The notes: generated by a model not told the origin, from the letters alone. DNA of 63,155 nucleotides, filler included, from Octopus bimaculoides (GCF_001194135.2; 8 parts of 7 records of this genome joined end to end with filler, not necessarily neighbours in it); one strand, 5' to 3'; shown: positions 1-13,474, counted from the first letter of the whole stretch. Numbers and translations: made by a program.

Positions 1-108
1 ATATATGTATGTATGTATATATATATATATGTATGTATGTATGTATACATATGTATATATGTATGCATACATATGTATATATGTATGTATACATATATAA
101 TATATATG

Positions 109-171
<63 letters not shown>

Positions 172-175
<4 letters not shown>

Positions 176-590
176 AGGAGGGTAGAAGTGCTAGGTTGGA
201 GATAGGGACGTGGGTGAAAGATATATTTGGGAACACGGAGGCATTCATTATGAGGTACAACGGTGTAAAAAGATTTCATCTCGAAAGTGAGCAAGAATCA
301 GAAAGACGCAGAAGGTAACGAGAAGGTATTAAAGAGATGAACTGCATTGTTAATGTCGTGAAGGAAGCCACAACGGATAAGAGGACGAGTTCGAAGTATT
401 AGGAAATTAATTCCATTGGGCAATTCCATGTAGAGACCATAAGGTTGCCGGGCTCATTGCGTTTATGAATCTGGGGAAGAAAGCAAATGATAGGGGGCTG
501 GGAAGATGTGGGATTGGAGAGAGGACGAAATAACTTCTTGTATTATGAATGAAACGACTTGCTGTTAGACAAAGATTTTGTTAAAATTTA
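172..590 (-). mobile_element. Penelope-like element reverse transcriptase fragment, degraded
   Basis: Reverse complement translates with stops and frameshifts to LPQIHKRNEPG..., CPMELIS.Y, FEMKSFYTVVPHNE...PRPYLQPSTSTLL, homologous to the PLE RT at 18199-19035. Confidence 0.75.
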
Positions 591-710
591 TGTGCATGAG
601 TATGAGGTTTGCTTTGGCAGCTGTCTTCTGCTATAGCCTCGGGCCGACCAACGACTTGTAAGTGGATTTGGAAGGCAGTCCGTCGTATATATTTGTGTGT
701 GTGCGTCTGT

Positions 711-755
711 CGAACGCCGACGAAGGGAAATAACCCTGAAATCCGGATACGTTCG
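711..755 (+). ncRNA. Minimal type I hammerhead ribozyme fold with variant core (U4 to C)
   Basis: Stem I cgaacg(711-716)/cgttcg(750-755). Core CCGACGA (717-723). Stem II aggg/ccct with loop aaataa. GAAA (738-741). Stem III A-U, U-A capped by palindromic CCGG. Cleavage triplet AUA (747-749). Confidence 0.7.
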
Positions 756-2189
756 TGCTGCTGGCCGAGGTGAGAGGGATAACTCCCTTGGCAAACAGGA
801 CACAGTCGTGTGTCGATAAGCCAGCTGGAGGAGATGTCCTCCTGGGGCTAAAACCAACAGTAACATCCACCCCTAGGGGTCAGCCACACTTAAGTGGCAA
901 TATACTACACTTTANNNNNNNNNNNNNNNNNNNNNNNNNNNNNNNNNNNNNNNNNNNNNNNNNNNNNNNNNNNNNNNNNNNNNNNNNNNNNNNNNNNNNN
1001 NNNNNNNNNNNNNNNNNNNNNNNNNNNNNNNNNNNNNNNNNNNNNNNNNNNNNNNNNNNNNNNNNNNNNNNNNNNNNNNNNNNNNNNNNNNNNNNNNNNN
1101 NNNNNNNNNNNNNNNNNNNNNNNCTCCTAATCATCATCACCATCATCATCATCATCATCATCAGCATCATCATCATCATTATAACCACCACCACGGCCAT
1201 GACTACCACCACTACACACACACACACCACCACCACCACCACCACCACCACCACCACCTATAATATTTATAAACGAGGCAGGCTTTGTAAGTTGGCTTGG
1301 ATTAGTTCATCATTTTTCAGTCAGTTTGTTGATATGTAAATATCACTTTAAATCGGAGAATATATATATATTATTATGATATATATTATAGTTATTATTG
1401 TATTATATATATATATATGTGTGTATATGTGTGTGTGTGACTCTATGTGTTTCTGTTTTGTAACAGTTTGTCTCCCACCACCGCTTGAAAACCGGTTTTG
1501 GAGTGTTTGCGTCCCCGTAACTTAGCGTTTTGGCAAAAGACACCGATGGAATACTTATCAGGCTTAAAAAATCTTTATGGTGGTGCCACAGCATGGCCAC
1601 AGTCAAATGACTGACATCAAATAAAAGAGAAAAGAAACACAAAAAAACCCCAAAATATTTTAACAATTTTTGCTTATCAGAAATTTTCTAATAATATTTA
1701 ATTACAAAAATGTTATAGGATTTTCTTAAAAACAAGGAATGGCTATGAAGTTCCACCTGAATGAAATAGGAATCAAATTGATTAAGAATCACTGCTGTAC
1801 ATTTTACATCATTAAACTTTTATGTTTATGTCGTGGCTGTCTAATTCTACTGTACAAATATAGACAGATAATCTGTAAAGAATATTTACTTAATCTTCAG
1901 TACATTATTTAATTGGCTAAAGTTTTCCAATCTTATCCACTTTGCAAAGAAAGATTTTTTTAAATTTTGGTTTTGTTTACATAAAATGAAAGAAAGAAAT
2001 GCTTTACGATATCTAGCTGATGTCCAAAGCTTACTGCATTTTTGTGTGCTCTGAGTAGTGTGATCCACTTTAAACGTAGTAACGTTTTCCAGAAAAGTTA
2101 CTGGATATTTTTTATTTTCGTATTGCGATGCTCCAGCATGGCCTCAGCTTCTGGCTGAGACCACATAATGATAAGAGATAAAGTATAAA

Positions 2190-2723
2190 TAACATTATGT
2201 AAAAGGTCATTATTGTCGTAGTCGCCATTATTATCACCATCATCATCATCATCATTATCAACATCAACGTCATCATCATCATCATCATCGTCAATTTCCT
2301 ACAAATATTTTCTTGTTATTTGTTTTGTTATTACTGTTGTAATTAGTCGTTGTCGTCGACGTAATTCTCGTCTGCTTTCTCATTCTTCTTCACTTCCTCT
2401 CGTCCTCAATTTCTGACATCTTTCACTTCAAATCTCGTTTCATTTCAGCTTTCTTTTTCCTTCTTTCTTTCTTTTCCTTTTTTTTAAAAATCGTTTTGTT
2501 CCATCACCCGATTCTTCATTTGTTTCTTCACTTTCATCCTTTTTCTCCCACCCCCGCCACCCCATGCACCCTCTCCTCTATTTTCTCTTTAGCGTCATCA
2601 CTATTATCACACTCACTAGCATCAGATATAGCAGCAGCAGCAGCAGCACTTGCAGCAGTAAATTTAGTATCATCGTTGTTGCTGTCGTGGTCCTCCTCCT
2701 CCTCCTCCTCCTCCTCCTCCTCC

Positions 2724-2757
<34 letters not shown>

Positions 2758-3125
2758 CTTCTTCCTCCTCCCTTCCTCCTCCTTGTCGTCGTTGTTGTGG
2801 TGGGGGTCATCATCATCATCAGCAGCATCATCGTCGTCGTCGTCGTCGTCGTTGTCATCTTTCTCCTTCCCTTCTTCCTCTTACTCATCAACATCATCCT
2901 TATCATCCTCTTCTTTCTCACTGTCCTCATCAACATCATTATGCACCCCTCCTCATTCCCATCACCACCTTCTTCTCATCGTCATCTTAATCACCACCAC
3001 CACCACCACCACCATCAACGCCACCATCATCATCATCATCACCATCACCATCACCATCATCACCTTCATCATCATGCATTTAAATAATCGTCGACGTTAT
3101 CGTCATCACTATCACCATTATTAGA
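2190..3125. repeat. Compound trinucleotide low-complexity tract (CAT, CCT, CAG, CGT, CAC)
   Basis: Direct inspection; source of several spurious ORFs. Confidence 0.95.
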
Positions 3126-5215
3126 AGGAGCAACAACTGTAGCATTTCCGTCGCTGTCATCATCGGTAATGTCATCGCAATCCCCACCCCCACCCCCACT
3201 TTCGTTATTCTTCTCTTGCTACCTCATATATAATAATAGGCCTTCTTCGAAACGCTATCGAATTTAGCACTTTCATAGAGTACCGAGACTAATGATACAC
3301 TTCGTTCTTATTACTGTCGAAGAAACCATTGTTATGTATCTAGAGGAATATTTTCCCACGTCTTATAAATGGTCGTTCTCTAATAAAGGAAACGAAATTA
3401 CCATATATTTAATTCTAGTAGCCTCGAAAAGATAGAAAATGCACACATGTACAAATAAACACACACACATACACAAACGCAAACACACACACACTCACAC
3501 ACACGCGCACATTATATATTCTCATAAATAGAAACATACGTATATACACAAATACATACACACATACATACACACATACGTGCACACATGTATACATAGA
3601 TATGCAGATTTACATACGCACATACATAGACACATACATATATATATACATAGACACATATACAGGCATACATACATACATAAATACATAAACACATATA
3701 CAGATATACATACACACATACATACATGCATACATATATACAAACATACAAGCATACACATACATACACACATACATACATACATACATNNNNNNNNNNN
3801 NNNNNNNNNNNNNNNNNNNNNNNNNNNNNNNNNNNNNNNNNNNNNNNNNNNNNNNNNNNNNNNNNNNNNNNNNNNNNNNNNNNNNNNNNNNNNNNNNNNN
3901 NNNNNNNNNNNNNNNNNNNNNNNNNNNNNNNNNNNNNNNNNNNNNNNNNNNNNNNNNNNNNNNNNNNNNNNNNNNNNNNNNNNNNNNNNNNNNNNNNNNN
4001 NNNNNNNNNNNNNNNNNNNNNNNNNNNNNNNNNNNNNNNNNNNNNNNNNNNNNNNNNNNNNNNNNNNNNNNNNNNNNNNNNNNNNNNNNNNNNNNNNNNN
4101 NNNNNNNNNNNNNNNNNNNNNNNNNNNNNNNNNNNNNNNNNNNNNNNNNNNNNNNNNNNNNNNNNNNNNNNNNNNNNNNNNNNNNNNNNNNNNNNNNNNN
4201 NNNNNNNNNNNNNNNNNNNNNNNNNNNNNNNNNNNNNNNNNNNNNNNNNNNNNNNNNNNNNNNNNNNNNNNNNNNNNNNNNNNNNNNNNNNNNNNNNNNN
4301 NNNNNNNNNNNNNNNNNNNNNNNNNNNNNNNNNNNNNNNNNNNNNNNNNNNNNNNNNNNNNNNNNNNNNNNNNNNNNNNNNNNNNNNNNNNNNNNNNNNN
4401 NNNNNNNNNNNNNNNNNNNNNNNNNNNNNNNNNNNNNNNNNNNNNNNNNNNNNNNNNNNNNNNNNNNNNNNNNNNNNNNNNNNNNNNNNNNNNNNNNNNN
4501 NNNNNNNNNNNNNNNNNNNNNNNNNNNNNNNNNNNNNNNNNNNNNNNNNNNNNNNNNNNNNNNNNNNNNNNNNNNNNNNNNNNNNNNNNNNNNNNNNNNN
4601 NNNNNNNNNNNNNNNNNNNNNNNNNNNNNNNNNNNNNNNNNNNNNNNNNNNNNNNNNNNNNNNNNNNNNNNNNNNNNNNNNNNNNNNNNNNNNNNNNNNN
4701 NNNNNNNNNNNNNNNNNNNNNNNNNNNNNNNNNNTGACAGTGAGAGACAGAGATAACTACAAACATAATTATTATAAAAATTATAATTAAGAGTATCTAA
4801 GAGATACTACCATGCTTGAAATAGCAGTCAAAACTTGACTCTAAAACCACATTAAATGTCCATCCAGCACCAGGAGAAAAGACAAAGAGACAAAATAAAC
4901 TAGCAAAATTTACTGGATGATTCCAGATCCCGGATTTCTGGCTCTGCATAAGAAATGCTCTGCCTTCATCGGTGGAATATACTCAGAATATACTCGGGAT
5001 TTTTATTCCCATGCTGGTCACCTGATAAGATCGGTATTTTAAAATAACGATCCTATCCTTATTTATATATATTTATCCATATAGATATATATAGATATAC
5101 GTATATAGGTACGTACGACGGTACATACTTCTAAAACTTCACCAGCTGGTGCTATTAAGTTAGACATGGCCTGGCCTATACTGGCCGAAACTTACCAAAG
5201 TTATCTATCTATCTG

Positions 5216-5270
<55 letters not shown>

Positions 5271-5389
5271 GTCTGTCTGTTTGTCTGTCTGTCTTTCCAT
5301 GTCTCTTTCTCTCTCACTCTTTCTAGATATAGATATAACGGTATATATGGACACCCCCTCACCCACTCGCACACACACATATACACTCG

Positions 5390-5437
<48 letters not shown>

Positions 5438-5715
5438 CGTGACGGATTGCATACTTTTCTGGACACCCAAACGTCGCTTGCAAGGTACTAGTTAAACAAT
5501 TGAAGACAAAGCACTTGTCCTCTTTGACGCATTGGCATCAAACTCGCAGAACACACGTAGCTACGAAATAATATTATGCAAACACATTCACACACAAAAA
5601 AAATATGCGTCATATAACTATAGTTTAATATTTTTGCTGTTTATGTTTTCTTCCCTGAGATTTTCTATCATCATCTCGAAATTACCACAATTACTCCCAC
5701 TATTTCTCTATTTCT

Positions 5716-6127
5716 CTTTTATTCTTTTACTTGTTTCAATCATTTGACTGCGGCTATGCTGGAGCACCGCTTTTATAGTCGAGCAAATCGAACCAAGGAC
5801 TTATTCTTTGGAAGCCTTGTACTTATTCTATCGGTTTCTTTTGCCTAACCGCTAAGTTACGGAAACGTAAACACACCAGCATCGGTTGTCAAGCGATGTC
5901 GGGGGAGGGGAGAAACACAGACATACAAACACACACGCACATATATATACATATACATATATACGACGGGCTTCTTTCAGTTTCTGTCTACCAAATCCAC
6001 TCACAAGGCTTTGGTCGGCCCGAGGCTATAGTAGAAGACGCTTGCCTAAGATACCACGTAGTGGGAATGAACGTGGAACCATGTGGTTGGTAAGTAAGCT
6101 ACTTACCACACAGACACTCCTGCGCCT
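5716..6127 (-). mobile_element. tRNA-derived SINE family A, full length
   Basis: Minus-strand head GGCGCAGGAGTG.CTGTGTGG with a B-box-like segment, CORE-like ccttgggcaagtgtctt region, internal microsatellite and AT-rich tail. Further copies at about 617-700, 1440-1635, 16150-16400, 48195-48300, 51545-51720, 52815-52880, 53060-53270 and 57290-57480. Confidence 0.85.
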
Positions 6128-6319
6128 ATTTCTGTATATTTCTATTTCTATCTATAATCTAATTGTATTCAACTCTAGTGTTTCTTCTTTTCACCTAAAT
6201 TGTTCTCATTTACCCTCCTTCTTCATCTGAACTTCGTTTACTTCGTTGTTTTTCTTATTTAGCTGTTTCTATCTTTATTTTTTCTTTCTTCTGCAGCTAC
6301 TGCTTCTTTAGTTTTTATT

Positions 6320-6530
6320 CCTTCGATCGTAAGAGGACGAAATATGCTGAGCTAGTCGAATTTTTCCAAAGCAATTGGTTGCAAACAAGATATGATTGCA
6401 TCTAGGTGGAAAGTTTGGAAGCTAGTCCTTCAGTGGAGATTACAGCATGTTTTACATCTCAGGGGCCAGTATGCAGAAGGCCATTAGATTGACTGTGGAA
6501 GCGTCAAAATTTGCTTCAAGGTGAATGTGG
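6320..6530 (+). mobile_element. Possible restriction-like endonuclease C-terminus of a Hero/NeSL/R2-group non-LTR retrotransposon
   Basis: FDRKRTKYAELVEFFQSNW...CI*VESL resembles the ERK..KY.EL...GW....VEVG.RG motif. Confidence 0.4.
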
Positions 6531-7866
6531 ATAACGATATGAGAGCTCTGGAAGGCCGACGCTGTCCTACCAGGGGTAATGCTAACCGAACATAAACACT
6601 GGTTTGATCAACAACAGCAGGGTCACTTAAGCGAGTATGTCTAATGCTGAAAGATCCGAAACACTTAATGATAATGACTCCCAGCAAACATTGCCTATGG
6701 CGTGTCCAGTTGCAACACAAGATGGTGTTTGGAAAAAACACAACTAGCAATCCTGATATATAACTACAAAATTCCACATGTATGTAATCGACTCGTAGTC
6801 AGGTTAGAATCCCACCACACCACCTCTTTTGATATCTGGTACTGATGTTAACTAAGTATTCGAAATGCATGCATTACTCAGTTCAGTAGAGTGCTTTCTA
6901 GCTAACTATTGGATTTTGGACTTCTCTTTGTCTCAAGCGAAAATTTTTCCTCCATTACAAACTGCAGCTAAAAGACTTTTGTGGATTCAAATATTTCTCA
7001 CATTCGGATCTACACACGCGCACACACACATGCTGCACACCATTATTTATGCATAATATATGTAGATAGATAGCACAAATGACATACACTCTTGTGTATG
7101 TGTTTGTGTAGAAAAGACGTTAATTAACCGATAGAAAATGCGCTTCTATTTGGCATATATGTGTTGGTGTACGTTAAGGGACATGCCTTCGCCAGTGTCT
7201 TTTTTTAAGTGGAGACACTTTAATAATCAAGATTACTCAGATATTCTTATTGGTAATTAACATAGATATTGATCTATTTTGATATATAAACTGATTTGTG
7301 AATGAATAGCATTTAGCAGCCGACATACTCATTTTTCAGAGTTAAAGAATAACTAAAAGTATCAGATAATGCAAAAAGCATATTCCTACATAATAGCTCA
7401 AGCTGCTAAAAATAGCAGCCAAATTATCTGCAAATAACATTCTTCTAGCGTCAGAGAAAATATACTTCTATTTCGTGCTAAATACGCAACAAATAACAGA
7501 GAGTATAGTCTAATCAATCCTGGCTGTCTAAAAGCTAAGCTGCTATAAATAAGACTGCAATGATCCCGAGCTGACGATGTTCTTCAATTAGCTGTAGTAA
7601 TATTTCATTTCGTTTTCCAGTTCACTTTTTAATTCGCCACAGAAAAGGCATGAATGTCACAACATTTGATAACTTGCTAATAGAAAATAAAATAAAATTA
7701 AATTAAATAAATCACTAATACTCATTAGTAAATGGTTACTGTTGATGCAAGCTTACTGGAAGGTCAGTCTAAATATTGATTAACTCCCTTACATAACCAT
7801 TACCCGTAGCTGACCTCATGTTAATCCCCTACGAGCAAAAAGAAAAGACAAATGCTAATAATAATG

Positions 7867-7938
<72 letters not shown>

Positions 7939-9657
7939 GTAATAATAATTATAAAGAAAAAGCATGAGCGTCGCAATTCCCATTTAGACATTCTCCAACA
8001 CTTCCCAATGTAACGTCTTGTGTCCAGGAAAGAAATCAATATTTTCCTTAATTAAAACTTTAAAACAAGTTTTCAAATATTCTCCTAACCATGAGCAATC
8101 AATCAATAAATAAACTATAATGCGTTTTTTTTCTTCTTTCTTTCCATAGAAAAAGAAAGAAGTTGTAAATCGCATTTCTTGTATTGACTGACGATGTTAT
8201 CAAATATCGTATTTTTCCTTTTTATTTATTTATCTATCTATTTATTTATTTATTTTTTTTCTTTGCGTTGTTTCAATATCAATATGACTATCAATAAATT
8301 TTCCTGATACTGTTTTCTTTTTTCTCTGATGATATCACATATTTACTTCTTTTTTTTTTTCTTCTGCATGAAACATTACCTTTTTTTTATGGGAATATCA
8401 AAAGCAATATCAAACAACTGTCATGAATGCTATCAGAAATTTGTATTCTGTTTATATCTGATAATATTTTTGTTAATATCAAATGGTATTTGGAAAATTG
8501 ATTTTATATTTGTTATCACCGTCAGGATTTATCTTCTTAAAGTTGAGTTGGTGGGCGGTTAAATGTGACAGAACAGGAACAACTAACAAGATCAGATTGA
8601 CTTGAGTTCCCGATTGGATGTGGAAAAATATCAGTAAGGGAAATATGTTAAACACAGTCATATAATACAAGATAATCTATGTGAATTTATCGAGATTTTC
8701 CAGATCGCATTTAGTACACTCAAGATGTAGAGGAGAGCATATCTGCTTTAAGACACACACATGAACACAGGCAAGCACACTAATACAAACAAAGACTATG
8801 CATGTTTGAATCCCAGACAACTTCTCAATAATTTACAATGCACTTCATCATTTGGTTAAGTATGAAATTGAAAGATCTTATACTGTTACTAAGACAGGAA
8901 TATTTCTTTTACGCAGTTCTAACATCAAATTATATCGTTACTTCTAATTCCAACAATAGCTGTTTTTTTTTTTCTGATTCCAGTCACTTGACTGAAACCA
9001 TGTTAGTGTGTACGACAGCTTAGAGGCTTCAACAAATTTTAAGAACCACGCAACCTCGTTTATAGCTAGTGTTTATTTTGTAGATGGCAATTCATCGAAT
9101 AGCCAAAGATGACACTTTTTGATAAAAAGTGCGTAGGTCGACGCACCAATTTCCCAAGGTGTAAACTTAAACACCCACATATAAACACACTTGCACGCAC
9201 TTGTATCTAAATATACTAGGACAGTAGATACGATCGTCGATAATGTATGGTGTAATCATAAATTAAGCAGGGGATTTTCTGTATTCTTGTCTATATATAT
9301 ATATGTGTGTGTGTGTGTGTTAAAAAAATGAGACAACAAAGCCAAGGCTGTGTGGAATTTGTAGGACACACAACCACATATATATGTATGTATAAGATGA
9401 GGATTAAGATAGAATCATGTACTTGAAAAGGTATTCACTAGGTAGGGTTGAGTAATCTCTATGCTTCCGGCCAATGATTGGTGAGAGTCAAGATATCAGA
9501 TAGGATATTTCGGTTGTGTACACAGAGAAAACCAACCCTATCAGTATTTAGCGCCTAAGGGACTGGTTACTTTGAATAGTACATAGTTGGTATAATCTAG
9601 GGTGTTCGACAAGTCCTAAATTCCCTTGGTGTATTATAATCAAAGGAATAATAACAG

Positions 9658-10139
9658 ACGATGGATCATTGTCAGCTAATTACAGCTGTTTCTTACGTAA
9701 CCTTTTAATAGAATAATGAAAACATTACATCATTATAAAAGACTGTAGCCATCAAATGAGAAGTAATTTTTACAAAGAGAAGGAATCTGCTAAGCTAGAT
9801 TCTAGGTAGGCTGGAGTGGGATGTAGGAGATAACTTATTATAGAAAGCTTGGAGTAGTGGTAAGTAAGGAGAGTTCTCGTCGGGGTTATTGACCTTGGAT
9901 ATCATATTACACCCTTTTCTTCACCTAAATAGCCAACATAGCTGCTCGTACTTCCATTTCACAGTTGGCCTCGACAGACTCCAGCCACGCCCTGGCCGTA
10001 TCCTTGCGATGTTCCTTCGCTTTGTAAAAATTACTTCTGATTTGATGATTACGGTATTTTATAATGATGTATTGTTCTCGTTCTTCTATTAAAACGTTAC
10101 GTAAGAAACAGCTGTAATGAGCTGACGATTATCCATCGT
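9658..10139. repeat. Imperfect inverted repeat with about 120-bp arms (MITE or foldback)
   Basis: 9658-9777 is the diverged reverse complement of 10020-10139. Confidence 0.85.
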
Positions 10140-10179
10140 GTGCTATACTATTCATTCGAGTCTGTCTGTCTTTCAGTCG

Positions 10180-10213
<34 letters not shown>

Positions 10214-10214
10214 A

Positions 10215-10259
<45 letters not shown>

Positions 10260-10268
10260 GTCCATCTA

Positions 10269-10382
<114 letters not shown>

Positions 10383-10464
10383 NNNNNNNNNNNNNNNNNN
10401 NNNNNNNNNNNNNNNNNNNNNNNNNNNNNNNNNNNNNNNNNNNNNNNNNNNNNNNNNNNNNNNN

Positions 10465-10496
<32 letters not shown>

Positions 10497-10499
<3 letters not shown>

Positions 10500-10731
10500 T
10501 TAGGGAAAATAACCAAGTTTCAAGAACTCATCGATGAAAATCCAATATCACATATAGAAAAATTAACAATTAAAGGCACAATAAATGAGTATAATATAAA
10601 ACAAAGTAAATATGATATTTACTTTGTTTTATATTATACTCATTTATTGTGCTTTTAATTATTAATTTTTCTATATGTGATAGTGGATTTTCATCGATGA
10701 GTTCTTGAAACTTGGTTATTTTCCCTAAAAC
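10497..10731. repeat. 235-bp near-perfect palindrome (foldback)
   Basis: 117-bp arms around a single G at 10614, three mismatches, no indels, flanked by (TA)n. Confidence 0.95.
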
Positions 10732-10762
<31 letters not shown>

Positions 10763-10995
10763 TATATGCATCCAAATTTAGGGAATGGACCAGGTTGTAT
10801 ATGTATAATCGAAGAGGAGATAAGTACCCCGAAATACTTGCATCTCACAGGCTGTGTAGGTGGTGCTGCGTGCTGATCATGGTGCATACACACCATTTAT
10901 CAACAAACGGGATATACTTTCGGTATCAAAACGCAGTAGGTACCATACTCACCAGTTCAAACGTGCCTCAAACATATTCGGGCTGATAATAACAT

Positions 10996-11043
<48 letters not shown>

Positions 11044-11129
11044 TCCGAATTTGTGTAAATGTGTATAGTATAATATGTCAGTTGAATAAAGTTACAACAT
11101 GGTTTGGCTTTCACGTTTTTATTATCAAG

Positions 11130-12325
11130 CAAAAATACTCTTTCCTAGTTATAGAAAATAGCATACAACGAGCAAAAGAGATACCTATTGCACAACTTAG
11201 GGTAACACGGGAAAGATGAACCCATCAAAGGAATACAATGCTATTTCTAGTAACACACAATTCGGATCACCAAAAGATTTTTAAAATCATCAAAACAAAT
11301 TTGCCAATCATAAAACAAAGTGAAAATTAAAAAAAATATAACTAATCAAACACTTATCTTAAGCAAAAAGCAACCACAACCTAAAGAAACTATTAAGAAA
11401 GGCAAAATTCAACACGAACAAATGGGACAACTCATTCACAGTATCCAAGTGTAATGATAACAGATGTGGAACGAATCAGTACATGCATACAAGTAAATCC
11501 GTTAGAACAAAGACTGAACAAATCTTAACAAATGCAGGTATGAACTGCAAAAACAGAAATTCGATTTACTACATTAAACGCTCGAATTACGAGGAATTGG
11601 CGAGACAGGAAATACATTATCGGAACGCTCACGAGTTCACAACCAACAAATCTAGAACACTCATGTTCGTCAAATTCCGTTGAGCGAACATATAGAAATA
11701 TGTGCTCAGAAAATGTCTCTAATTTCTCCTTTTCGCAAATTACATGACATTAAGTGAGGTTGGACGAAAGATAAAAGATGTTTCATTAAAATGTTCAAAC
11801 TTGTGAATAAAATGAACAGCAATAATATAACAACAAGCTAATGATGTGGATTAAAAAATGTATTTAACATATTAATATAAACAAATTACAGAAGACTCCC
11901 ACCGATTGAAATAAAAACGATCGAAATAAACTAAGTTTGCTCACTCATAAACCATTACACGTAAACCGCAAGCTAATGTGTTAAAATAAAGACGGAATCT
12001 TTGCCAGTAATATCGGTGCGTCCGACAAACTGTAACGTTTAAGCTGCATGCTGATTGGTCAAAACCGTATTCGAAAAATTCAGTTTGTCAGATCCTTCTA
12101 AAATATATGAAAAGGAAGAAGTCAGTCATTTAATACAGTTGTCAAACACTCAACTCAACTGTCATTCAATACATTTTGAAATCTGATGATTACTACGAAC
12201 TTTATGAACATTTCTAGATATTTTTTTTAATGTTTAACACACTTCAACATTGTAAAAAGAGTTCTCTAAAATACAATAATAAAAAATGTGTAAACCTCAC
12301 CATATTGTAACTTTATTCAACTGAG
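11130..12325 (+). mobile_element. Penelope-like element 3' part: RT-EN linker, GIY-YIG endonuclease relic and downstream non-coding terminal region
   Basis: FLVTHNS..., NLKKLLRKAKF, KCNDNRC, NCKNRNSIYYIK, LSER.RVH..QI, PLSEHIEIC and FIKMF across frameshifts follow the usual PLE linker plus GIY-YIG layout. Confidence 0.7.
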
Positions 12326-12336
12326 ATATATATATA

Positions 12337-12572
12337 AATGCGCCCTTTTAAAGCCTAGCCAGGTTCATGTGCCCGGTTTACCGGTTTCAGTGGCGTATGT
12401 GTTCTCCAGGTGGACGGGACGCTAGTCCATCGCAGCGTTACTCATTTTTTCCAGCTGAGTGGACTGGAGCAACATGAAATGAAGTGTTTTGCCCAAGAAC
12501 ACAACGCGTCGCCCGATCTATCATGATCTTACGATCATGATGCTGACACCCTAACCACTAAGCCACGCGCCT

Positions 12573-12576
<4 letters not shown>
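12337..12576 (-). mobile_element. tRNA-derived CORE-like SINE family C
   Basis: Head GTGGAGGCGCGTGGCTTAGTGGTTAGGGTGTCAGC and CORE-like ttcttgggcaaaacacttcattt. Other copies at about 26230-26445 (-), 31998-32160 (+) and 37210-37352 (-). Confidence 0.85.
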
Positions 12577-12629
<53 letters not shown>

Positions 12630-13474
12630 CATACGCACATATACATATATAATGTATAAATATAGAGCAATGTGGTAGCTTAAATAAATGATTGAAAATA
12701 TCTGCGGGAACGCTTCTTGTATGGAAAGAAACAAACAATGAACATATATACTTGGTATGGCAAAAGCCTTAATTAAAATCAGATCCCATGAGAATGGTAG
12801 AACAAATTTGTTCATAATGTTTAAGTCTGATGATGAAAGGTAAGTGAGTCAACTTTAGTATTAAACTTAATTGAAACTCATTAACTAGTTACAATATGGT
12901 AGGTATATGGAACTAATTAAAACTAATTAAACACGCAACTGTGCTTCAGACCATAAATGTATTCTTTTATTCTACAAAGTCTCCTTTTGCTCATTGAATT
13001 TGGCAAGGTGTTACCACGCAATTATTTCACAGGAAGAATACGTACTCAGAGTTTTAAACCCCGAAGAAGAAAGAGGCGTTCTCAATGTAATTGTCCTATC
13101 TATAAGAAATAACAGCTCAAAATGTCAGTTAGTTTTCAAGCAACACTTATCTTTATAAAACATCGAAAATTTCATCGGATAATTCAATCATATATATCTG
13201 ATGAAAAAGAGAAAAGACAAGATTATCATGACAACAATGCCGTTCGCAATAAATCGTGCTTAATCAAGTCTCATCTAGCTCTAAACTACAACAAGAACAT
13301 CAACAATAGCCTGAACAAATGAAATAAAACGAGCAACAACAAATGATAATTAGAAGAGAATAAAAGCACATACAAAAAGGGTGGAATGAAAACAAGAGAC
13401 CAAACCAAAAATAACAGTTATGTTGCAGATATATTATAACGGTTTCACAGGTAGGGGACACTAACAGAATAAAT

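Noticed and set aside
844-910. Possible HDV-like ribozyme downstream of the hammerhead
   Set aside because: P4-like and J4/2-like parts are present, but I could not build consistent P1 and P3 pairings.
2496-3124. Long poly-S/H/I/D ORFs, likewise 32519-32945, 39085-39658, 42097-42367 and 60579-61173
   Set aside because: Translations of di- and trinucleotide microsatellites that lack stops; no splice or domain support.
3522-4790. ORFs of 300-400 aa, likewise 21409-22564 and others rich in X
   Set aside because: They are open only because they run through N gaps.
11889-11930. CAGAAGA...stem...GAAA after the GIY-YIG relic
   Set aside because: Core mismatch, eight extra nucleotides before the stem, and no stem I or III.
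12500-12576. tRNA genes
   Set aside because: The tRNA-like A/B boxes here and elsewhere are SINE heads that continue into SINE bodies and lack a full cloverleaf.
12757-12845. Short ATG ORF ending at a perfect AAG|GTAAGT donor
   Set aside because: No acceptor, no recognisable domain, and phase 2 is incompatible with the phase-1 FN3 exon; one such donor can occur by chance.
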